64,000 nucleotides of DNA from Rhina ancylostomus (GCA_030265395.1 JARFYF010000051.1:15925552-15989551); one strand, 5' to 3'. Positions 50,701 to 62,799 are shown, numbered from the stretch's first letter. The notes: generated by a model from the sequence alone, not told the origin. Numbers and translations are program-made.

Positions 50701-53700
50701 AAGATGCAAGAATCATGTTGTAAGCCTATTTCACTGTCAATATTTACTGGTTTCAAACTGGTATTTTTGGTATAGAAACTGAAGGACAGATTGTTTCCTA
50801 ACTAAATCATTGCATCTCATACCAATTATGTTATTTAAAGCAAAAGGCATAGATACAGAAAAATAGGCACAAGATTAATAATAAGGTAGCAAACATCCAT
50901 GTACCTGAGCTGAAGAAACAACATCAGTACAGGTTATCGTGGCAAAGAGAAGGGGTGTGGTCAGTAGCTGTTAAAGAAACACAACATGCACAATTTTAGG
51001 GTAAGAGATATTATCACATTCAGTAGCCAACATATATTCATCAACTGCTGTGGGTAAAATATTGCTCATGGCCCATTCTCAAAACCATAACCAATTGTCC
51101 CTATCAAGAGACTTGACATCAACTAGAAGTAGGGCCTTGGGTAACCTCAGTACAGATAAGCTAAGATAAGATTTCTTTATTAGTCACATGTACATCGAAA
51201 CACACAGCGAAATGCATCTTTTGTTCTGGGGGCAGCCCACAAGTGTTGCCACGCTTCCGGCACCAACATAACATGCCCACAACTTCCTAACCTGTACGTC
51301 TTTGGAATGTGGGAGGAAACCAGAGCACCCTGATGAAACCCACACAGACACGGGGAGAACATACAAACTCCTTACAGACAGTGGCAGGAATTGATCCTGG
51401 GTCGTTACGCTAACTGCTACACTACCGTGCTTGTCCAACTGCCCAAACAATATCTTTTAAGTTTATTCAGTCAAGAGATGGTGACACTATGGGCAAGGCC
51501 ACCAAGAGATCTTGACACCATTTAATCCCCATCACTAAATAGTGATGAGAAACCTCCTTAAGCTGTTGCAGTCCACATGAAGTACACCCAGAGTACTGTT
51601 ACAGTGGTCACGGAATTCCAAGATTTCAATCCAATCACATTGAAGGAAAAATTATATATTTTTAAGTCAGAAAATGCTGGAAATGCTCAACAGGTTAGAT
51701 AGTATTGGTGGAAGGAGGAGCAGTTAACATTTCAGGTTGTTGACGTTCCATCAGCTCTGATGAAAATCCAACCGATATTTTTAAGTTAAGACACTGTGTG
51801 ACTTAGAGCTGATGGGAGTTGCTGTGTGCTTGCTGACATTGCCCTTCCAGCTTTGATAAACCTTGACAAGCTACAACTGTGCACTTTGCAGATGGGGCAC
51901 GTTGAATGCAGCCTGGCTTCACCAGTGATGGAGGAGTAAGTATCCGAGATGATGGATGAGGTGCTAAATCAATGGGTGTTAATAAAATTGGACAGTGGTA
52001 CATTTTGTTCACTGGCACATGTTTGAAGATAAGTCCCAGGATAGCAGTTGAGAAAATGGATGGTCCATGGTAATTGGATCAAACTGTAGGGGAGGGAACT
52101 TGATCATGGGTGATGTGGATTTCGGAGAAACTTGCTTGATCCTTCTGGCTCCACTGCAAAGATTCGTGAATCAAAATCTAAATATACAGAACTCTCAATG
52201 CTAGCTTCAGGAACCACTGTAGAATTCCAGCAGAGCAGATCTGCCCGAGGGCACCTGAAACAGGTGTTAGCTCCCTCAATTAAATACATAAAGAGCACAG
52301 TAGTCATATTAAGGGGCTGCTAGTGATGCCTGCAAAACGGACCTAACTAATTTTGTATTGGACTATATGCAAATAGGGCTTGGCTATTCCACTGTCATTG
52401 CTGGGCATCTTTCAGTCCCTGAAAAATGGACAGCTGTCCACGGTCACTTCTAAAGCAAAGCCTTAAACTAGGGGAGGGTGTAAGAGATCCTTCAATTCCC
52501 AAACAAAGTGATCATTCCTCACAGCATACACTGATTACCAAGCATGGAAGCCTTCACAACTTAACCTGTCCTGCTCTACACTTTTCAACAGGGAGTTCTG
52601 ATAGTGGTAAGAGGCAGGAATCAAAAGTAATTNNNNNNNNNNNNNNNNNNNNNNNNNNNNNNNNNNNNNNNNNNNNNNNNNNNNNNNNNNNNNNNNNNNN
52701 NNNNNNNNNNNNNNNNNNNNNNNNNNNNNNNNAAAGTAATTTTACTTCCCCTCCCTTTGCTAGAAATGTTAGCACATGGCTCAGTAAGGAGGCTTTGTGT
52801 TTGGATTTCAAATGAGAAATCAAGCTATAAATTTCCTGAAAAGTGTGCTAGTACTCATGACAATCAAACTTGCCAGTTGATTCTTTGGGAAGGACCAGAA
52901 ACCCAGTGATAGTTTGCACAATGGGCCTTCCTATAACTGGTCAATTTATTAGGTGCCAGTATATAGTTCCAGGGTTTTCTATCTTCACCATGATTTGCCT
53001 GTATAATTTGGCTAGGTCAATTCCTCTCAGAACTTAAACTCTCCCTTCCTGGACTCCCAGAGTCTCCCATCCCCCATCTGTACCTCTCGATCCAAAGGTT
53101 TGTTTGGTAGCACATTCAACTTGATGACTTTCTCTTCTATTCGAAACCACTCCAAATCTGTTCCTGTCAAATTCAAGTAAATTTCTTCAGTGAGTGGGTT
53201 GCCAATCACAGTGAGTTTTGCAACGAAAGTTCCATCTGGACTGTTTTCTCGAATATCAACAGAAAGGTCATGCCCTCCAGAGCACAGGTCACCTGGTGCA
53301 AATGACAAGGAAATAATTCATAATTCACATCACAGCAGTCAGCCATTTAGTCCCAACCTTCTGGGAGAGATTAGTGCCCAGAGATAGATGATGTACTGTG
53401 ATCAGTGATTTGAGTGAGGTTAATGACCAGCAATGGAAAGTGAGCTGTGACCTGGAGGAGATTATTAGCTAATAATTGGCCTTGAAATCCTGGATGATGT
53501 AGCTTAATATTTGCAGGTAAATGCATAATGTGTAAATTATTAAAAAAGGTACCATCTTCTCTAGGAGACTACTAACCAATGATTGGCATTTTGATTTGGG
53601 CAAAGACTCTGGGGAAATTACTGGTTATTGAGTGGCCTCATAATTTAACCAATGGCCCTGGGAAAATAGCTGGTTGATGGAAACTGGTTAGAACTCATTT

Positions 53701-54814
53701 CATTAAAATATCTAACCGGGCAGCCTTGAGAGAAGTTCATACCCACACTACACTACACCTTGGTAAGGATATATTGGTCTGGATAGATTGCAGTACAAAG
53801 TCACTGGAATGTTAGCAATAATGCAGAGTTTATGTTATGAGGAGACATTTCATAAATTAGACTTGGAATCCCCAGAAGGTAATGGGTTAATTGGTAGTCT
53901 AATTGAGATTTTTAGGATTTTGAAAGAATTTATAGGGTGGAGAGGAAGATACAGTACATTTCTGTTGGTGGAGGAGTCTACGACAAGGGAACATAACCCT
54001 TAATAAGATCCAGGCCATTCGGGAGAGAGGTTAGGAAACATTTGTTCATGTCGAGGTTGGTGGAAGAGTGAAACTCAGTGGCTGCTATACTTCATTAACC
54101 TTTCCAAATCTGAAATTGATAGCTGTTTGCAAGACAAGTCTAAAGATAGGGAACCGAGGTAGCTGACAGGGGTTAAGGTTCAGATCCATGATCTCACTGG
54201 ATGGTGAAATGGGTTCAATGAGTTAAAGAGCTCCTCATGGTTCTGTGTTCTAGCTTCACCCCATTGGTCAGGGTAGAATGTGAAGGTGGGTTCAGCAAGT
54301 TAAAAGCCATACTTGTTTAACTTGTAAGCTTGCCTCAACTTTAGATTTTCATCCTTATTTTCAAACATTTCCATGGCTTCACACCTTGTTGCATTTGTAA
54401 CTTTAACCATCCCTCTAACATTCTAGATCTTCAAAATAGATTTTAAAAGCTGGCCCTGCTGCCACAGATGGAAAAGATTCTGTGGCATGTTTGAAAGAAA
54501 GTGGGGGATTTTCCCCACTGTTCTGGAGAATGTTTATCCTTCAACCAATGTCACTAAACAGGTGATCTGCTCATGTGCTTATTGTTGTTTGTGGGTATGA
54601 TCCTGCAAAAACTGGTCGCTGTTTCTTCAGCATTACAATAGAGATCACAATTCATTGGCTCTGGAGTCACAAAAGCCACTGTATAAATGCAGGAACGTTC
54701 TTCATTTATTCTCCTTTCTATAAATTATGTGAAGGAATCACTGTTACCTTCCATGAGGACTGGTGCAAGCCCGGCAAGCAACATGCCCACAACCAACATC
54801 TGTGGCTTCAGCAT
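31040..54814 (-). CDS. CDHR5: Cadherin-related family member 5-like (mu-protocadherin family), 15 coding exons, ~1,087 aa
   Basis: Exons 54814-54748, 53292-53084, 50967-50905, 50382-50290, 49425-49339, 48313-48203, 48024-47854, 46515-46425, 45487-45381, 42405-42205, 40672-40541, 40334-40256, 37672-37485, 33949-33929 and 32795-31040 all have GT-AG boundaries with matching phases. Cadherin motifs: DIREN, LDRE, NENDNLP, AQDKDGD, LDYE, DGDDQYP. The segment FLPC..IC..Y.G....PGPLLAEDGDKG and the pre-TM 'YSFKEMGLVGG' resemble CDHR5 as I recall it. It may be a paralog rather than the strict ortholog. Confidence 0.8.
33929..33949 (-). CDS. CDHR5: CDHR5-like 21-nt microexon (SLKWFQM)
   Basis: Long pyrimidine tract ending tcttcag|, consensus donor ATG|GTGAGT, frame-preserving phase 0/0. 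Confidence 0.7.
36290..36812 (+). mobile_element. Rex1-type LINE 3' fragment
   Basis: …EAANIIKDSTHPGHSLSSPLPLGRR…; 3' tail gacaataataaaccgataccaatac. Confidence 0.75.
37485..37672 (-). CDS. CDHR5: CDHR5-like exon 13: transmembrane exon (…YSFKEMGLVGGITAVLLLFLIFALVLLIRYGREWHRHRRHRG…)
   Basis: ~23-aa hydrophobic helix followed by a basic stop-transfer run; phase 1/0; donor GTG|GTAAGA. Confidence 0.9.
40256..40334 (-). CDS. CDHR5: CDHR5-like exon 12 (LVGTDKESGDVVSTKVKVEVLHSSQP)
   Basis: Final EC4 strands; phase 0/1 matches the TM exon. Confidence 0.85.
40541..40672 (-). CDS. CDHR5: CDHR5-like exon 11 (GKNPNIVYSL...LFQVTQEGLL...YMLQ)
   Basis: EC4 core, phase 0/0, donor CAG|GTAAGG. Confidence 0.88.
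42205..42405 (-). CDS. CDHR5: CDHR5-like exon 10 (ASQVDDSTKY...NRYRPRF...EVIDQDFKN)
   Basis: EC3/EC4 junction, D-x-D motif, donor AAT|GTGAGT. Confidence 0.92.
44290..44600 (+). mobile_element. Old V-SINE
   Basis: cagtggtgcagcagg A-box, ggttcaatc B-box, gtgctccagtttccacccatatccc core. Confidence 0.6.
45381..45487 (-). CDS. CDHR5: CDHR5-like exon 9 (GGDDGRFEVNNVTGAIMMRWPVRSFMKTPLFSLTVM)
   Basis: G..F.V...TG.I cadherin pattern, phase 1/0. Confidence 0.9.
46425..46515 (-). CDS. CDHR5: CDHR5-like exon 8 (YNALQLSPGPLLAEDGDKGLQTAVAYSILA)
   Basis: PGP..AEDGD.G motif, ttctgttacag| acceptor, phase 0/1. Confidence 0.92.
47854..48024 (-). CDS. CDHR5: CDHR5-like exon 7 (EMNTEERY...VLDGDDQYPRFLPC...ICVNPVYTGNVTEAKLP)
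   Basis: DGDD..P linker with a paired-Cys loop, phase 0/0. Confidence 0.93.
48203..48313 (-). CDS. CDHR5: CDHR5-like exon 6 (NDAEFFRIDLPSSGKVQLARPLDYEIKKELDLQVYAM)
   Basis: F-x-I..G.V.L..PLDYE cadherin motif, phase 0/0. Confidence 0.93.
49339..49425 (-). CDS. CDHR5: CDHR5-like exon 5 (LTPVGVVLFRLQAQDKDGDGLIYMIDGTS)
   Basis: A-x-D-x-D motif, phase 0/0, donor TCG|GTAGGT. Confidence 0.92.
49730..50260. mobile_element. Ancient DeuSINE/AmnSINE-like SINE fragments (two, opposite orientation)
   Basis: atatagcacctttcacaac...gagaactccc...ctgctgcact core and tgtaaagcactttgggatg tail. Similar pieces at ~16110-16330, ~20780-20890, ~26940-27070 and ~54450-54715. Confidence 0.5.
50290..50382 (-). CDS. 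CDHR5: CDHR5-like exon 4 (THHRLMVQVLNENDNLPVFLEESVQPLNISE)
   Basis: NENDN-P Ca2+ linker motif; ttttgcag| acceptor and GAG|GTGAGG donor. Confidence 0.92.
50905..50967 (-). CDS. CDHR5: CDHR5-like exon 3 (LLTTPLLFATITCTDVVSSAQ)
   Basis: Not in the ORF track. tttctttaacag| acceptor, CAG|GTACAT donor, 63 nt, phase 0/0. Supplies the missing EC1 strand with its Cys. Confidence 0.8.
51165..51431 (-). mobile_element. Young tRNA-derived V-SINE
   Basis: Closely similar to 55035-55322 and 57981-58262; (TCTTA)n-type tail. Confidence 0.85.
53084..53292 (-). CDS. CDHR5: CDHR5-like exon 2 (EC1: DLCSGG...DIRENSPDG...PLDRE)
   Basis: Acceptor caccag|GT, donor GAG|GTACAG, cadherin RE-N and LDRE motifs. Confidence 0.9.
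54748..54814 (-). CDS. CDHR5: CDHR5-like exon 1: signal peptide MLKPQMLVVGMLLAGLAPVLME(G)
   Basis: ATG at 54814, hydrophobic core, donor G|GTAACA in phase 1 that matches exon 2. Confidence 0.75.
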
Positions 54815-55034
54815 AATGTTCTGCTCCGGGGGTTGGGGTTGGAAGTGCGGCAGAATAAAGAGGCTCTTTGTTTCTCTCTTTTCAGAATCACTGCCTAAGC
54901 TAGACACGCACACCTCAATCTGTAAATAGAAACGTAAAAGAGGAATTTATTAAAATATTTCTGTCGGATAAAGGAGGTGAAGCGTGTTTGGGCGGCAACT
55001 AGATCCATCCATTATAATCTGCAGGAGAAACTTA

Positions 55035-55322
55035 TAAGATTTCTTTATTAGTCACATGTACATTGAAACACACAGTGAAATACATCTTTTGCATAGAGTG
55101 TTCTGGGGTCAGCCTGCAAGTGTTGCCACGCTTCCAGCGCCAACATAGCATGCCCACAACTTCCTAACCTGTATGTCTTCAGAATGTGGGAGGAAACTGG
55201 AGCACCTGGCAGAAACCCATGCAAGCCCACGGGGAGAGCATACAAACTCCTTATAGATAGCAGTAGGGATTGAACCCAGGTCACTGGCACTGTAATAGCA
55301 TTACGCTAACCGCTACACTACA
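55035..55322 (-). mobile_element. Young tRNA-derived V-SINE immediately upstream of the cadherin exon 1
   Basis: Reverse strand reads tagtgtagcggttagcg..ggttcaatccc...gtctataaggagtttgtatgctctcccc. Confidence 0.85.
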
Positions 55323-56249
55323 GCCCCTGCAAACCTGAAGCTTCAGGACATGTATATACTTTCCTGCAGACTAACAACTATGATGTATGTTTATGTCACA
55401 TGCATGATGACATCATTGCATGCATGACTTATTTACGTAAAAATATACGACAGAAGATTTCTCAGTTGCTATGTGACCTCCAGATTAACACTGCTAAACG
55501 TGGTAGAGTCCTTCAGATTACCTGTGTGCTCCAGCTCACTTTCTGAGTTCACCTTTGTTGTGGTGGCTCAGTGAGCTTTTTTCACAGCTCCACCCAGTGC
55601 CCCAACCATAATACAGCTTCACTGTGGTGCTTCCAGTTTCTTAGGCACGATAGATGCCTCTTATCTCAACCCTACTAGTCATGACACAGGCAGAAAAGTC
55701 CAGCTTAGGCTGGCATTTGGGGAGGCATCAAGGACAGCCAGTCAGGCTGGGCACTGAGCGTGGGCAGTGAGGCTGGACATCCGTTGAGTTGAATGGCTTG
55801 TCATTGTGTTGTAAACTTTATGCAATTCTCTGTAGGATGTTGGATATTAAAAGTATTGCAAGCTATGAAAGGATGGGATTTGTAGGGAATAAATTTTATG
55901 GGGAAGATCTGAGATGTTCATAGGGCTGGACCAGACATAATGGGCTGAATGGCTTTTTTGCATTACGTGATGCAATGACTCCACACAGATGACTGCTTTT
56001 AGTTGATAATGCATCAGGAAAGGGTACTCCCAAGTTGTGAGGTGAGCAGCTCTGGAGGGTGAAAGCTATCATGTTCTGGTTGTGATATGGGCTCTTTTCG
56101 AGAAACCTCTGCATGTGCTCCATTGTACAATTTCCATTACAGAACATGCATTTGCCACTCAAGTGGAGTAAGCACCATTGAAGCTTCTCTCCTTTCCCTT
56201 TCCATTCAGTGGTTCCCTGAGAATATCAGCTTTCGCAAAGTGACCCACC

Positions 56250-59220
56250 AGTACATCAGTATTCGTGGAGTGTTTTGTAAATATGTTAATATTCACAGGT
56301 AGTCTCGGTGGCTATTAGTATTCACCAGGTTCCTAGGCATTAGTACTCACTAGAGGTCCCTCTGTGAATACTGATATGTTTCCAGGACCCTCGGTGCACA
56401 CAGCAGCCAGGACCCTCTGTGAAAACTGACAGAGTCCTGGGACCCAGTGAGAATGCTGATACACACGAAGTGACTTCTGTGAATACTGATACACTCCAGG
56501 AATCGGCTGTGAATACAGAGACATTCCAAGGACACCCTGTGAAAACTCACGTACGTCCAGGACACTCTCATCTGAAATTACTAAGACACACCTGGGACCT
56601 CTGGGAAAACTGATTAATTAACAGGATCCTCTGTAAAGAATGAAATGGTTCTAGGATCGTATGACTAATGATACACTCCTGGGACCCCCCTGAATGATAT
56701 ACCCTCAAGATGCCCTATCAATGCTGAAACATACCTAGACCCCTGTCAAATCTGATACCTTGCCAGGACCCCTTATAAAAACTGATAACCTTCTAAGGCC
56801 CCCTGTGAATACTAATATCCTTCCAGGACCCCCTATGAATACAGATACTCTTTCAGGTCACCCTGTGAATACTCCCACACCTTCCTCCTCTGTGATAATC
56901 TGCAACCTCAGCACTCTGAAAATACTCTCAAGATGCCTGAGAATATGATAAACTCACAGAACCTGTGAGTACAGTACACTCCTGTGTTACAGAGCGGTTA
57001 CGTTCCAAGAAAACCATCTGTATCATGATGTTCCATAACATGAACCCTTGACAAAAATTGACAAAGTTGACAAAAAAGTTGATGATTAAGTCCTGATGAA
57101 GGGTCTCGACCTGAAATGTCGACTGTTTGTTTCCCTTCATAGATGCTGCCTGACCTGCTGAGTTCCTCCTGCACGTTGTGTATGTTGACAAAGTATGTCG
57201 CTTCTTTTGTCTATTGTGCTTATTTAGTGATTTTTACTCTCATAAATTCCAATAGAGTGAAGTTTTGTTCTGTTTCTCAAATTTTTTAGGGATTTGTGAA
57301 TTTCATAAAGGTGAATTTCCATCACCCAAACTGCTATAAAGTGGGTATGTACTATTTGATACAGTCCAAGAACCTTCTGTGACTATTGATACTCTGCTGA
57401 GCCCCACTTACAATGTTGATATCTTTGAACGACTCTGAAAACAAACACAGACAGGAGCCATTGACATGCTCCCAGGGCCATGTGTGAATACTGGTACACC
57501 TTCAGGACTTCTTGTGAATACTATTTCACTTGTGAGACCCTCTGTGAAAACTGAAACATGACTGAGACCCTCTGAATATTGATTATTCATCCAGAAAACA
57601 CCATGAACCCCCTTTGAATATTGAATTGCTTCCAGCATCCTCTATGAATGCTGAAGCACTCCAGGGACATGTTGTGAATATTGATATACTCCTGGAATCC
57701 TTCTGAACCCCCCTATGAAGACAGATACACACTTGGGATCCCCATGAATACTGATAAGCTCTTCGGACTGTCTATGAGAACCAATATACACCCAGAACCC
57801 TCTGTGAGTATCAGCATGTTCCCAGGGCCCCCTTTGAACATGGATACACACTTGGCACCCTCTGTGAACACTGATTCACATCTGGAACTTGCCATAAATA
57901 CTGATACATTCCTGGGACCCTCTGAGAATGCTGATCGACTTGAGGCACTCTGAGAATACTGAGGCACTTCCAAACCCCATAGGCACAGTGGTGTAGCGGT
58001 TAGCGTAAGGCTATTACGGTGCCAGCGACCCGGGTTCAATTCCCACCGCTGTCTGTAAGGAGTTTGTACGTTCTTCCCATGTTTGCATGTTTCCTCTAGG
58101 TGCTCCGGTTTCCTCCCACATTTCAAAGACGTACGGGTTAGGAAGTTATGTCATGCAGGCTCCCAGGGCCATGTGCAATGTTGGTGCTGGAAGCGTGGCG
58201 GCACTTGCGGGCTGCCCCCAGAACACTCTACGCAAAAGATGCATTTCACTGTGTGTTTTGATNNNNNNNNNNNNNNNNNNNNNNNNNNNNNNNNNNNNNN
58301 NNNNNNNNNNNNNNNNNNNNNNNNNNNNNNNNNNNNNNNNNNNNNNNNNNNNNNNNNNNNNNTATATATAATAACTTAGACCCCATGTGAATACTGATAT
58401 CCTCAAAGTACCCTCTGTGACAACCATTATACTCGGGACCCTCTGTGAATATTGATGTACACCTGAGATCCTCTGAGATTATGGAAGTACTCCCAGGACC
58501 TTCCGTGAGTTGTAATATACTCCTAGAATTCCAGAACCCATTCTGAACAAGGATACCTCTGAGACCTTCTGTGAATATAGAAACGCTCTTGGGACAGACT
58601 GTGAATACTAATAGATTCTCAGAATCCTCTGAAACACTCACAGAATCTTCTGAGAAAACTGATACACTTTAGAAACTGTGTGAATACAGGTACACACCTG
58701 AGACACCCTTTGAATACTGATTTGTTCCCAGGATGTTTTGTGAATAGTGATGTATTCCTAAGATGATATCTGAAAACTGATACATTTCCAGAATCTTCTG
58801 TGAATACTGATACACATGTGGAATCTCCATCTCAAGATACTCTGATATGCACTTGGGACCCTCTGGGAATACTGATATATTTTTGAAGCCCCCGTGAATG
58901 CAGGTACTCACATGGGACCCTCTGTCAATATTAATACACCCCAGGATCCCATGTGAATATTGATACTCTTCTGGCACTGCCTGCAAATAACGATACGACC
59001 CTGAGACCCCCTGTATGTACAGATACACTCCTGAGAATCCCTGTACTGATGACCACACAATGGGTCCTTTTATAAATACTGTCAGATTGTTGGGACCTTC
59101 CTTCAAACTGACAGACTCCTGGGGCCCCCTCTGAATGCTGAATCACTTCTAGATCTCTTTGTGAACACTGAAACAAAGCCAGGAATCGTAATTATCAGCA
59201 TAGTCCTGGGACCCTCCTTG
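56250..59220. repeat. Degenerate ~30-bp minisatellite (consensus approx. CTCTGTGAATACTGATACACTCCTGGGACC)
   Basis: Dozens of tandem units with core gtgaatactgatac. Interrupted at ~57000-57350 and by the SINE/gap at ~57981-58370. Confidence 0.92.
57981..58262 (+). mobile_element. Young tRNA-derived V-SINE inserted into the minisatellite
   Basis: A-box TGGTGTAGCGG, B-box GGTTCAATTCC, V-domain ggtgctccggtttcctcccaca. Confidence 0.88.
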
Positions 59221-60651
59221 CACACCACCTCCTCCCCACCCCGTGTTAAACACTGAGGCACAAGTCTCTGGCATTCATCATTGTTTTGTCGGGCGAATAT
59301 GACTGCAATAGATTGGAGTCAGAAACTCCACTTTTAGTTGCTGAGAAGTCTGTGATTAGCTTTTTACATATATATAATATATTCACATTAATTTAACTCA
59401 TAATCCCAGCTAAATGAATAATTTATGTAGCTCCAAATAAACATAAACCAGAAATACTTGTTGTTAAATCAGCTAAAAGTTTTAAATTTGTTCCACTGCA
59501 ATAAGATAAATGTTCACCTACCCCTCACTGTCACTCCTGGGGAAATCCAGCTGAGATGATTTTCAGTGGAAATTCATGGATGGTCCTGGCTTTTAAATAT
59601 TAGCAAATATTTTGCATGTTTTAAAGGAACATATTTTTCTGTCACAGATTCCATTTGCTGGGTATTTAAAGATTAGATTGCTTTTTCTGGCCAACTGCAG
59701 TAAGATTGTCACGTGTCTGGTGCTTGGAGGAGAAATCTCTACCCTAGAAAGGGCTTAGAGGGAATTTAATGAGGGATAAGATTTCAGGAATAGTGTCTAA
59801 GCCAGTACAAAGAGATTTAATATAGCATACATTGGAGGGAGAACACATTTCTAGGCCAATGACTTACTTTGCTTGGGCAAACAGAGCACTAACTTCTCCC
59901 AAATAGCAGTGAGATGAATCACTTGGTTTTTGTTTGTTAACATTTGAGGAGAAACTATTGGGCATTGTAAACTTAATGCGAGAACAACAATGTGACAGAG
60001 TAATGTGCACCACATTACTGAAATGATAGATTTCTATCAATTCAATGGAAATTATGAGCTGTCCAGGTGAAAACACTGTGCAGAAAATTTGACTCAAGAA
60101 TGAATTTATTTTTGTGCTTAAGTTTTGCAACAAATTTTCTTTTGAAATCAATCATAAAAGAAGTTCAACTGTGCACAATAACTAGCACTAAAACGACTAA
60201 TTTGTCCCAAAACTGTATACTGATTTATGTGTATAAAAAGATTCAAGTGGCAAACAAACATCCAACACAGCATTTTCTCCATTTGCACACACCAACTATT
60301 TGTAACACCAGCTGTAGCTGAAGCTAATCAGTGCTAATTGATATTATGCTTGCACTACTTAAAGGGGAGTTGAGCATTGCTGAAGGTCATTATGCAGCTT
60401 ATGCAATGGCATAGCTGGAGTGGGTACTTCATTTCACTGACACTGAGTTAAGCACAGAGGTGGACAACAGGGGGCTGGTTCTGATGGGGGATTGTGGTCC
60501 CAGGGTAACTCAGTGTTGCAGCAGTCACTGCTGCTGCCTCATGAGCTACGGAGGCCAGTTTCAATCCTGATCTCCAGTGCCATTAATAAAGGAAATATGA
60601 AGTCTGTCTAAAACAGGTTCAACACTGCACTTGCACACTGCTCTATGCAGT

Positions 60652-61523
60652 ATCTTCTCATTCTCAGCAACCCCTCACTGTCAAGGATGACTCAGTTTCA
60701 TTTCCAGTTCTTTGGGTTCGGAGGTGGCTGAGAAGGCTAATGTGAGAGCCACAGACTCTGCCACGTGCAATAAGGTGTGATTGATGTGGTGGGCAGGTGG
60801 GTAGTTTGGGAGGCGGTGTGATCTTTCTTTCACTTAGACTGGACCTTGACAAATGAACTCAAGATTCTCAGTGCTACATCAAATGCTCCTCCATTTTGAG
60901 CAGTTATGCGCCCAGGATTCGAACAAATTGATGGGAACATTTTAATGAAAGCTTTGGAAACATGACAGTCATCAGGAGATCCAGGATCTGATTACTGCAT
61001 CTTAAAGTAAAACAGCTCCACAGGCACCTGAAGGCTGGGGTCCAGAAAGCATGTGGTTTAAAGAGCAGATGGTGGGTGGAAAGAGCATGGGGGCCCAGCA
61101 ACTCACCGACAACCACGATGTCCAGGATCTCCAGCACGGTTGAAGCCCTCTCAGCTCAAGCATCCAAGGGCCCATACCACTGAGAAGCATGAACAAAAGG
61201 ACTGAGAAACAGTTAGTGTCCGAAGAACACTTCGAACAATTTCCTGATGTTGATTCTGTTCTTGACATGAGCACCTTTGACTGTATTCCACAACAAACTA
61301 CACGATTCAAACTCACTGCTACCCCTGAATCATGATAAGTCGAAAAGGCCAGGTGGTAACTGAGAAACAACTTGGCATTTGGACCAAATGGCATCCCTGC
61401 TGAAGTTCCAAATCTGGGTGGAGAAGAACATCAGTCACAAATTCACAATCTTATCTCCCACCTATGGGAAGAGGAGGATGTACCAGGGGGCCTGAGAAAC
61501 CTGATATAGTATGCAACATGCCC
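60652..61523. mobile_element. RTE LINE fragments in opposite orientations
   Basis: Minus 3' end with the zinc-finger-like RGRVCGSHISLLSHLRT, then a plus-strand internal piece ...GPNGIPAEV...IHNLISHLWEEEDVP. Confidence 0.65.
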
Positions 61524-61748
61524 NNNNNNNNNNNNNNNNNNNNNNNNNNNNNNNNNNNNNNNNNNNNNNNNNNNNNNNNNNNNNNNNNNNNNNNNNNNNN
61601 NNNNNNNNNNNNNNNNNNNNNNNNNNNNNNNNNNNNNNNNNNNNNNNNNNNNNNNNNNNNNNNNNNNNNNNNNNNNNNNNNNNNNNNNNNNNNNNNNNNN
61701 NNNNNNNNNNNNNNNNNNNNNNNNNNNNNNNNNNNNNNNNNNNNNNCA

Positions 61749-61749
<1 letters not shown>

Positions 61750-61800
<51 letters not shown>
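61750..61800. repeat. (CT)n microsatellite
   Basis: Directly visible next to an N gap. Confidence 0.97.
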
Positions 61801-61802
<2 letters not shown>

Positions 61803-62799
61803 CACTACAGTAATGGTCAGAAGGGAAACTGTCATGTCCACAGCTGTATTGACACAGAGCTGGTGACGATGGATTCAGCTCCCACAGGGTAGCAGAGTAT
61901 CAAAGTTTACATAACAGTATCCTCATGTTTAATATTCCTTCCCACTTTCCACATTTCCTCTCATTCCACACTGTACTCTGCCATAAAGTGATTTCAAAAT
62001 GCCTCCTACCTGGCCCCTCCCCACAATTTGCACCTTCCTTTGTGTGTTTCTTGTTTTAGCTGATGACCTGCCAGGAACTGAAGCAGAGATATCTGACCGT
62101 GGCATCCACCAGTTCCGGTCCTGGCATTTCACGGATGGAAGAGGCTAGTTTAGGGGTGGGCAGGAGTCTTCATGTGGTGTGGCATCCAGTACACATGGAC
62201 CACAGCCAGCCCAGGAGGAAAAGGTTGCTTGTGTGCCAGTTTCTGGGATGACACATGCCAGTTCTGCTCAGATGGTTGAAGGCAGACAAGCATCCAGATA
62301 ACATTTCTTAAGGTATCATATGGCTGTCTGAAATCCTGCACAAGGGGCAACATGCTTCAGTGTCTTTGGAGGTGTAGAGAAATTTCCATCAATATTTCTG
62401 ATCCTTATTGATAAATAGTTTTGTGAAGGAAGGGGTTAATCCCTCATTGGAATATGCACAGCCTTTACACATTCTTGTGGCTACAGTCACTAAATGCCTG
62501 GTGTAGGTAGCTTTCTGATCAATGGTGACTCCCAGGATGTTGCTTATGGGGGAATGAGTAACGTTAATATTGTTGGCTGCCTAGATAAAGCGGTGAGACT
62601 TTCAACTGCTGCCAGTGGTCATTGCCTGGCAGCAGTTGAAAGTGCAGTGTGATGTTATCCTGCCACATATCATTCCTAAACTGAGTGGTAGCACGATCTT
62701 GCTGCTTTACGAATCTGTATGAGCAGTGTGTCAGCTAGTGGAGTGCGATCCTTATNNNNNNNNNNNNNNNNNNNNNNNNNNNCAGAGAGGGCCTATCTT

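Noticed and set aside
55395-55428. Imperfect palindrome (gtcacatgcatgatg...catcattgcatgcatgac)
   Set aside because: Short and built from low-complexity ATGC units, so plausibly chance or TE-derived.
57981-58050. tRNA-like sequence with A and B boxes
   Set aside because: It continues into a SINE body present in several copies, so it is a SINE head rather than a tRNA gene.
56250-59220. CRISPR-like appearance and many overlapping ORFs in the 30-bp array
   Set aside because: The units are contiguous and degenerate with no unique spacers, there are no cas genes, and the context is eukaryotic. The ORFs are by-products of the repeat.
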